DNA of 45,904 nucleotides. Source: Clostridia bacterium. GTDB lineage: Bacteria > Bacillota > Clostridia > Oscillospirales > CAG-272. The DNA is taken from the NCBI GenBank assembly GCA_017454465.1, contig JAFTCY010000130.1:1-45904 (forward strand), read 5' to 3'. The position numbers and the translations under genes were made by a program. How positions within the stretch are numbered: position 1 is the stretch's first letter; the number at the start of each line of letters is the position of its first letter. Shown in pieces: positions 7,589 through 16,600 of the stretch. The notes beneath the pieces are model-generated. The model was not told the origin of the DNA and searched no databases. It saw only the letters and a program-made list of their open reading frames with translations.

Positions 7589-10105
7589 ATGCAGATTAAC
7601 GATATAAGAGCGAACAGTCTCTTTCCCGGCGAACGGAGCACCGGCCCGGATGAATTGTATTTCTCCGAGTCTCTGAAAAGCAAGCTGCGTTCGATAATGA
7701 ACTGCTCTCTTTCCGCCCTTGAGGCTCCTGCGGGTTACGGAAAGACCACGGCGGTGAGAAAGATCCTGAAGGAAAGCCGGGAACCGGTGTACTGGTATAC
7801 CGCTGTCGAAAGCATGCCGGACAACAGTTTCCGCTGGTTCATCCGCCAGATAGGCACAGTGGACGAGAACGCTGCCCAGAAGCTCCAGGATCTCGGGTTC
7901 CTGAACCGAAGCAACGCCGCGAGAGCTGCGGAGATCATCTCTGACATCCGCGCCTCAGAACCCGTTACCATAGTGTTCGACAATTTCCAGTTCACGCTGC
8001 AAAACTGGCAGCCCCAGATCCTCGACGCCCTGTCGAAATGCGGGGACAACGGCCTGAGGACCATATTCATTTCCCAGAATTTCGGGCGGCTGCGCGACGT
8101 CCTTTCCGCTCTTGAGGGCTCCATCTGCTATATCAGGGGCAGAGACATGCTCCTGTCAGAAAGCGACATATCCGATTATGCCTCCCAGCTCGGGATCCCG
8201 GCAGACAGGGAAGCCGTCCGCCAGATACACCGCGAGACCGACGGCTGGACCGCCGCGGTCTCCCTTTACCTGGAGAATCTGAACAAAGGGCTCAGAAAAT
8301 CCGGGCCTGAGGGCCTTGACGATCTTCTCGCATATTCTTTCTGGCAGAATCTCAGCGGGCGCCAGAAGGAAGTGCTGCTGCGCATATGTCTTTTTGACAG
8401 GATCTCGTCAGCGATGATGGAATCCCTTGTTTCACCGGATCTGATGCCGCCTGAGGAACAGGCGCAGCTCATGAGCCGGACGCCCCTCATGATGTTTCAA
8501 GAGACAAGGAGAACATACTATCCCCACGAACTGCTGACATCATTCCTCCGGCATCAGCTGGCGGAAGCGGATCCTGATTTCCGTCAGGAAGTAATGCGCT
8601 CTTCCGCGGAAGTATACAAGAAAAACGGAATGACCAGGGAGGCGGTAAGGTACTATTTCCGCGCCAGGGATTATGAGTCTGTGCTGTCATGCGATCTTGT
8701 CTGCCTCATCACCGAGACCTTTGACGGAGTGACCTACACGGAGCTGGCTTCAGAAGTCCTCTCCGGCTGTCCTGAGGATATCCAGAAGAAATATCCTTAT
8801 TCCCTGCTCAGGCTCTGCTACGCTCTTTTCGCGGGCTGCTCGTTCGAAAACTTCAGGATCCAGATGAAACGGGTCCGCCGCATGATCGAGGAAAAGGACG
8901 ACCCTCAGCTTATGGGTGAATGGCATCTGGTCAACGCTCTTGAGTTTTTCCCGGATGTGGACAGAATGGCAGATGAGTACAGGGCCGCGGAAAAGCTGAT
9001 GACCTCGCCTTCCGCTGTGTTCGTGAAGGAAGAGCCTTTCATGTTCGGCTGTTCCTCCATGTGGTACATGTTCTACTCGGAGCCGGGCAGGATGCTCGAG
9101 ACCGCCGACAGGCTGGCTGAGACCATGAAGATATACAACAGGCTTACCAACGGTCACGGGGCGGGAGCGGCTGAGATCTACCGCGGGGAAGCATATTCCG
9201 TCCAGGGCCGTTTTGAGGAATCTGACATCCAGGCCTATCAGGCCGCCTTCCTTTCTGAACAGGCGGGCAACGCCACCGCCACCTACGGCGCAGCCCTTCT
9301 TCTGGGCATAAACGCGATATACCGTTCCGACATGGCCGGCCTTCAGAAAGCCGTAGACTATCTGGAAAACAAGGCTCAGGCCTACAGTTTCCTTCACGGG
9401 ACCATGCTCGGGAACTACATGGTGGAGACCGTCCGCGGATACCTTCTGGGGCTCATGATGGAGACCGGGCGCTCCGCGCTGTGGACACAGGGCGAAGCGG
9501 ATGCTCTCTCCGATCTGACATTTACCAATTTCATGGTCAAGACGTGCAGGATAACCGACCTGCTCCTGAAAAAGGAATACAAGCAGGCGATAGCCTCGGT
9601 GGAAGCGTCGCTGGAGCTTGATCCGCGCCTCATAACCACAGCAACACGAAATTTCATGTACTGCGGACTGGCGCTGGCTTCAATGGCCATAGGAAGGCTG
9701 ATCAAAGCGGCGGAGTACCTTGACAAATCCCTGACCCTTGCCGGCCGGGACAAAAACTATACATTCATCGCGTGCTTCCGCAAATACTTCCAGGTCCTGT
9801 TCCTTAATCCGAAGATCGCTTCGAAACACGCCGAGACCATACGGGAGATAAAGGCTCTTAACATCAGCTATACCAGAGCGGATGAGAGCCATATTTTCGC
9901 CATGCTCGAGGAATCTCCCGACACAGGAGACGAGCTCACCAAACGCGAAAGGGAGATAGCGGAACTTGCGGCTAAAGGGCTTCGCAATTCAGAGATCGCT
10001 AAAACGCTGTTCATATCCGAAAATACCGTCAAACACCACCTTAAGATCGCATTCCAGAAAATGAATATAGACAGGCGCAGCAAACTGATCGAGATGCTGC
10101 GCTAG
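7589..10105 (+). CDS. MalT-like (STAND/LAL) ATP-binding LuxR-family transcriptional regulator
   Basis: GGAGG SD; Walker A APAGYGKTT; Walker B IVFDNF; TDGW motif; helical TPR-like middle; C-terminal LuxR HTH LTKREREIAELAAKGLRNSEIAKTLFISENTVKHHL. Confidence 0.9.
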   Translation: MQINDIRANSLFPGERSTGPDELYFSESLKSKLRSIMNCSLSALEAPAGYGKTTAVRKILKESREPVYWYTAVESMPDNSFRWFIRQIGTVDENAAQKLQDLGFLNRSNAARAAEIISDIRASEPVTIVFDNFQFTLQNWQPQILDALSKCGDNGLRTIFISQNFGRLRDVLSALEGSICYIRGRDMLLSESDISDYASQLGIPADREAVRQIHRETDGWTAAVSLYLENLNKGLRKSGPEGLDDLLAYSFWQNLSGRQKEVLLRICLFDRISSAMMESLVSPDLMPPEEQAQLMSRTPLMMFQETRRTYYPHELLTSFLRHQLAEADPDFRQEVMRSSAEVYKKNGMTREAVRYYFRARDYESVLSCDLVCLITETFDGVTYTELASEVLSGCPEDIQKKYPYSLLRLCYALFAGCSFENFRIQMKRVRRMIEEKDDPQLMGEWHLVNALEFFPDVDRMADEYRAAEKLMTSPSAVFVKEEPFMFGCSSMWYMFYSEPGRMLETADRLAETMKIYNRLTNGHGAGAAEIYRGEAYSVQGRFEESDIQAYQAAFLSEQAGNATATYGAALLLGINAIYRSDMAGLQKAVDYLENKAQAYSFLHGTMLGNYMVETVRGYLLGLMMETGRSALWTQGEADALSDLTFTNFMVKTCRITDLLLKKEYKQAIASVEASLELDPRLITTATRNFMYCGLALASMAIGRLIKAAEYLDKSLTLAGRDKNYTFIACFRKYFQVLFLNPKIASKHAETIREIKALNISYTRADESHIFAMLEESPDTGDELTKREREIAELAAKGLRNSEIAKTLFISENTVKHHLKIAFQKMNIDRRSKLIEMLR

Positions 10106-10115
10106 CGCGGGTTTT

Positions 10116-10156
10116 GTTCCGCTGCGCTCCGGCGCGGCGGAACTTCTGCGTTTTTT
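10116..10156 (+). terminator. intrinsic terminator after the regulator
   Basis: GTTCCGCTGCGC-TCCG-GCGCGGCGGAAC followed by TTCTGCGTTTTTT. Confidence 0.65.
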
Positions 10157-10184
10157 GAAGCATATGACGCATATTCTCCAAAAA

Positions 10185-10229
10185 ATAACCCTTTTGGGTG
10201 ATGCGGACCCGTTACCGGAGGTGTATATT
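10185..10229 (+). promoter_or_regulatory. palindromic operator plus activator-dependent promoter
   Basis: ATAACCC-TTTT-GGGTGAT (10185-10202) abuts a poor -35 (ATGCGG); TATATT -10 at 10224-10229. Confidence 0.55.
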
Positions 10230-10275
10230 GTATACAGCAAGAAATATAATCTCTCATTATCCCAAGGAGGCCGCC

Positions 10276-10521
10276 ATGAGCACTTCACTCACTGAGGTCA
10301 AAGCGCTTCCCGGATACCGGATCCAGCTGGATTTCCGGAACGGAAGCACGGCAATCGTCAACATGGAGCAGCGGGTCAGGACCCTGAGATTCTCCTGCCT
10401 CTCGTCCGAATCACTTTTCTCTACCGCGAAAGCGGAAGGGGACAAGGTGGTATGGGCTGACGGGAAAAACACTTTCTGGGTCTACTACGGCGAGCTCCTC
10501 GATGCCCTTGCGATGGACTGA
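10276..10521 (+). CDS. DUF2442-like small protein (81 aa)
   Basis: AAGGAGG SD. Pattern V.ALPGY.I.L.F.NG....V.M....F..L....LF.......V.W.DG resembles DUF2442/NE0471 N-terminal domains. Confidence 0.7.
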   Translation: MSTSLTEVKALPGYRIQLDFRNGSTAIVNMEQRVRTLRFSCLSSESLFSTAKAEGDKVVWADGKNTFWVYYGELLDALAMD

Positions 10522-10607
10522 CCCGCAAGGTACGGAAACGGAGGCATCGAAGAAATGAACATTCATCTCAAAACAAATCCCAAGCATAATGCAAGGAGGG
10601 TAATTTT

Positions 10608-13600
10608 ATGAAAGCCAGACGCCTTATACCTGTGATGCTGGCCCTGTGCATCGTGGCAGCGCTCATTCCGGCGCTGGCGACGGGTGCCCGGGCCGCCGCC
10701 AACGATCCCACGTATATCAAGTACGGCTACCCGGAAGTCGCCGTCCTGAACGGGGCTACCGGCGGCAACACTGATTTCTATACCGGAATACTGAAAGACT
10801 CGAAATACAACGCCGTCGAGGCGGGAAAATTCGGGAATCTCAGGTACAAGACCGAGGTGGGCAAGAACAGTTCCTACACATGGAGCGGGTTCTGGAATAC
10901 CAATCTCGCCCTCCTCAGCGACCAGACCGATGAACTGAGGGTAAACTATTCAGCGACCCTGAGAAACTACTTCCATGAGCATTCATGGGGCTTCCTCGGC
11001 TGGTATTCGCAGAAGGTGACCGGGCGCATGACGACGAGCCTGTCCTTCACGCCTGAGAAATCCGGCGGAAAGTATTACTATGCTGTGCAACTCGGAGACG
11101 GCAGCTCGACAGAGAACGTGCGCAAGAACAACATGAAGTATACCGAGCTTCCTCCCGTTTTAAACGGCAACAAGACCATATGGCAGTCGATCAACGGGGA
11201 ACACACCTGGGATTTCAGGCGCAGCGATGCCATCCTCTCGTTCTCGAACATGAGCACCCTGTACGACAGCGGCAACAAGACATGTACCTGCGGCGGTTAT
11301 GTCAGCGGATGCTTCGTGGGCTTCTATGACGGGCAGTCCCCCACAGTACGCAAAGTCGAGACCAGGAGAAACGGAGCAGCATGCACCGATTTCAAACCGG
11401 GAGACGATATCGAGATAGTCCTGCAGTTCAGTGAACCTGTCCGCTTCGCGGATGACAGCGCCAGCGGAAAAGGCGAAGTATACATCGCTCTCCTTGTGAA
11501 CGGGTCAACGACACCCCTGTATGCCCAGCTTACAAAGCTTGAAAGCAGCGGGTACTACAGCTATGATCCGTACACCCATACCAGACATGACGCAGCATAT
11601 GAAGCCACATTCGTATATCATGTACCGAGTGACTTCACCGGCCTCAAGAACATAACGGCTCTGGATCTGTCAAAAGCTCCTTCCGGCAAGTCAGCTCTGG
11701 TCCATACCACCGCTGATCTGAGCCTTGTCCAGGTCAGGAGCGGCGGCAACTTCACCGTAAGCAAGCCGTCCAGCGCCACAAACCGCAACGGCTTTGACAG
11801 GGCTACCAGCTATATCACCGATATAGCCGGCAACTCTCTCGTCAACGGCAAGCCGGCTACCAACTTCAGCATCGATGCGGAAAAGCCCTTCGTGGCAAAA
11901 GTCGTCATCGACGCCGATATGAAGAACTCCTCCATAAAGGATTACAAGAGGTCCCAGGGTATCGCAGAGGACAGCCCGTTCTGGGCCGATCTGAGTGACT
12001 CCAACCTGGGCGTTAACGATACGTTCCTGATAAAAGTATACATGAACGAAGTCATTAACTACAGTTCATACTCCAATGTGGCAACTGTAACCACTAACCT
12101 CCTGGATTCCAGCGACAATCCGGTGACCGTCACCATGAGGGCTCTGGGAACCGTATCCGCAGACAGCGTAGGAACCCAATACGGTCTCGGGGCGTCCAAC
12201 GGAAGAGTGACCCTCCTTGAGAGCAACACCAGGACCGTCATGCAGCCCGGCATGCACCTTGCTGACGGAGCCACCTCCCTCAAGGTGACTTCGATCACCT
12301 ACCAGTCAAACACGACAGACCACTCCGGCAACCAGGCTCTTGAGAACCAGCATCTCAACTCGGCACACAAGGACAAGCTCAGCCCGGTCCAGACCTATTC
12401 TGTAGACACGGACGGACCGACAGTCACCGTGGATCCCGCCATCCAGAACGGAGTAAACAGCATCATAACCGTGCCGTTTACGGTGACTGACGGAGCAGAC
12501 GGATCAGGCACCCGGGATATGGTGGGACGTATATCCTTCAAAGACCCCGGCAAGACCACCCCCACAGTCGAGTGCGCCGTTTCCATATACGCGGCTCCGC
12601 CAACAGATAACAGCGCGTGGGTCACGGTAAAATCAGGTGAGGACTACAGTTTCCGCGAAACAGAAACTGTGCAGTACCTGCATATAAGGATGATCGACGG
12701 GGAATTCTACAACTTCGGCGGCCTCACAGTGGATTTCGTGCTGTCTGACTACGCCGGAAACAGCGTTAAGCGCACAGAACGCGTGGACGGCGTTTCATTC
12801 GACACGCTCGGCCCCTACCTGACGCAGTCAAGCCCCTCCCGCCAGTATGATAACCTAAACACACGGGGCGTCATAACAGTCCCCGTCCAGGCAGACGACC
12901 CGAGCGGCATCTATTCTTTCTTCTATCTCTGGGCGGACGACCCGGAGATCGTGTATTCCTCCACCAGCGACGAGTGGCTGCCGGTGCCGGGATTCACCCA
13001 GGGCCAGACAGCGGCAAGATGCGATCTGACCGTCTATGTACCGGACCAGACCAACTTCGCCAAAACCCTGTGGCTCAAGGCGGTCGATCCCGTGGGGAAC
13101 GAAACGATCCAGCAGAAATCAAGGTGCTACTATAACCTGCAGTCGATCAAATACGCTCTGAGCTACCCGACAGAGGTAGTCGAGTCGCCTTACCTGCAGG
13201 TGACGGAACTCAATACTTCCAAGAACGCAGACGACTCCTATGATATACTCCTCTTCGACATACAGAAGGGCGATGATCCGCACCACTACCTGCTTTGGTA
13301 CACAGGCAGCGGACAGAACGGTACCGGTTACCGCACACCTGCCGGATCTTATGATTCGAGGTTCGATAACATACTCTACCGGTACGCCTGGTTCGAAGCC
13401 GTGACCGGAGGCGATAATCCCGTACCCTTCGGAACGAGGAACGACGACGGCAACCTGCAGTTCGGAACGGCCGATCATCCGCTCGTCTTTGACAATACCG
13501 CAACACAGCCCTATCTGGATATGGTGACCATTATGTCTACCACCGATGACCGCGTGCAGGCGTGGGGCAAACTCAGCGGCTCTGACTGGGGTCTTGAATT

Positions 13601-16600
13601 CAACGGCGAGCTCCATGTCACAGTGTATTCCGGGACCACCGATTCCATAAAGGTCACCGTCTCGGCGGACAAACCCTGGCAGGGAGATGACCCGGACCTG
13701 TGCTACGCGACCGTCAGCGGGGCCGCGGACAAGGAGGAATTCACCATCCGCGTCATGCCCATGACGAACAGAGACACCGATCTCATATGGCAGATCACAG
13801 CCGACGAGGGAATATTCACCTATCACAACACGAGTATCCATAACGATTACGAATACGGCTACGACTACTACGGAAACGATCCCGAAACATACGGGACCAA
13901 CACCCTGAACCACACCCTCGGCGGGTATCAGGTCACATTCTCCATCCAGGACAAGCGCGGATGGGATCTTGAGGACATAGACTGGTCCAATTCCTTCATC
14001 GCCCTGGGGGTCCCGTCCGGCCAGGTCCGCTTCCCCAGCACGATAAACCGGAAAGTTAATGGACATACCGACAACCAGATCAACGACTACGGTCCCATAT
14101 CCGATTATATACCGTACAAACTCTGCCCCATAGGAAGCGGGGCGACCCAGACCATAACCCTCCCGTATGAGTCGGATCTCTATAAGACGGGCAACTATGA
14201 CAGAGAGGGCTTCGGACTGGTACTGGCAAGGTACTCCGTCCCTGAATATCCGTATTACATTCCCATCGGAGAAGAGTACAAACAGTTCATGATGGATCTG
14301 ACGGAACCCGGGACTCTGGAGCCGGGGCTCCTGTCCTACCGTCCCATCATAGATTACTTCAACGTGGTCATCAACCACGAAGACGTTGACTATGTCAACC
14401 ATGAATTCGAATTCAGTACCGCATTCCCGGCACAGCTCATAAACTACGACCCGGCGGACGTAATTTACGTGCCCGCCTCCGGAGCCGTCAGCATGATGTT
14501 CCAAGTCCTCGACGCAAACGGCGACCCGGCGAAGGACAACTGGCTGGACACCCACTTCGGTCTGTATGACGTAGTCGCCTGGAACGTATCGGATCCGGAC
14601 AACATAACCCACCTGAATCAAAGCGTCATCCGGTACGACAGCACTGATCCGGACGCCATGAGAGGATACTTCGAATACTGCTTCACGGCTGATGACGACG
14701 GAAACGTCACCGAGCTGAAATATGCCGCTCAGGATTACGGGCAGTACTGCCTGAACTTCACGATAGACGGGCAAAGGACTCTCAGGAGCTACAGCTCCGA
14801 TGACGACGATATTGAAATCGAATCCGGCAAGGACAACCTTATCGCCGTGCAGGTCAAGTACTACAACGGAAAGAGCTCAGATCCGGTCTATCTCACAATC
14901 CACCCTGTATCGATCACCGGAGTCACGGGCACCGTGACCAGCGACCCCGAGCTCACCGGCTGGGACACATACGAATCGGGAGCCATTGTTGACTCCGATA
15001 TAACGGTAAGCTTCACTCCCGACGACGGCGTGTCCACCGCAGGACTGACATTCTATCTGTGCAAAGGATTCTACCAGGCAAAGGGCAAGACTTACGCCAC
15101 CCTGGCACTGACAGATCCCGTCCCCATGGAAATGAACGGCGACGGCACCTATACCGCCGAGCTCACTCCGGTCGAGATGGGATACGAATATTCGACATGC
15201 CCCGATGTGTATTACTCCAAATCTCCGTCGTATCTTACACACTATGTGGTGTGCGCCCGGGATGCGGTGGGGAACATCGTTCCCGTAGGCGGACCGGGAT
15301 ACGCCCTCATAGCTGACGGCGATTCTCCATATATCGGATACGCGGACGGAGAGACAGCTGACGGCAGGTTCTCGGTAAAGGCCGGCGTAACTGACGCTTC
15401 CCTTTTCGCAAACGTCGGCAAAGAGTCCGACGGCACTGTGTATCTTGTGCCGTGCCCGATCTCGGATCCTCTGACGTTCACAGTCACTTTCGACGATGAA
15501 TACACGGCACTGCTTGGCGCAGCCGAGACAGCCTTTACCTTCCAGTATGACCCTGTAAAGGCATATAACGAAGGGAATGTGGAATTCGAGTCTAACGGAT
15601 ACAATCTCGTGGTCACATACCCCATCCCGGTCCCGGAGAATCCCTTCGGCATCACGTCCGTCACCTCGGTATGGTCAGCCAACTGGACCGACTGGGTATA
15701 CGGCGGCGTGATAGACAGCGGACTGCTTGAGCTGACCATTGAAGGTATCCTTTCGCCGAAGCTTGAGTCTCCGACTGATGTCACCATGTACATCTCCGCC
15801 GCAGACCCCTTCGGAAATACCACCGAAGGAACTGACAAATCTGCGGAAGCGCTCCTTGAGAACGCGCAATGCGCAACACCGCATTTCGTCTCCGCGGAAT
15901 ACAGGAACATGGGCAAGACCCAGTATGAATACCAAGGCGACATGGCTCTGTACGTCACCTTCTCAGGGCCTGTAAAGCCGGAAGCAAGCTGGATCTGCCC
16001 GGATCCCCAGGGATACTCCACAGAGTGGGCCGACGGATTCCCGATCTGGAAAGACGGCACATGGACCATTACGTATTATGACGTCTTCAATAACAAATAC
16101 GAAGAAGAGATAACCCTGACAGATGTTTTCGGTATATACGGAATCGAACTTGAGATCAGCGAAACTGCGTATACCACGGATCCCGTGACAATAAGTGTCA
16201 AGAGCGATGTCGATTTCTTCGACAGCAACGTGGATAAACTCATGCTGTTCAGGATGAATGACAATCCCGAAAGCATCCCTTCCGTCCGTAGTGAATGGCA
16301 GGCACAGGTTGAGGTAACGGAAAACGGCGATTACATGATCTATAACTATCATGGCAGTGCAGGTTTCTACAGCGTTTACTCTGACCTCTCAGCTGCGAGA
16401 AAGAATTCCGACCAGCTGATCATCCACGTGAAAAATGTCATCACCGGAGGGCCGGAAGAGACTCTGATGCTGTTCTTCCATGACAGAATGGAAGATTTCG
16501 TGGCAGGCTCGCCCGAACAGCCCACAGGAGAAGTCGATGACGCAGTGACCGTCTCGTACAGGACAGACCGCGACACCACTCCCGTCGGGTCGGCCGAGAC

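Noticed and set aside
13119-14774. 551-aa minus-strand ORF, plus many other antisense ORFs inside the giant genes, rpoB, rpoC and fusA
   Set aside because: They lie wholly antisense to well-supported genes, have V/R-rich shadow composition from codon bias, and show no SD or motifs.
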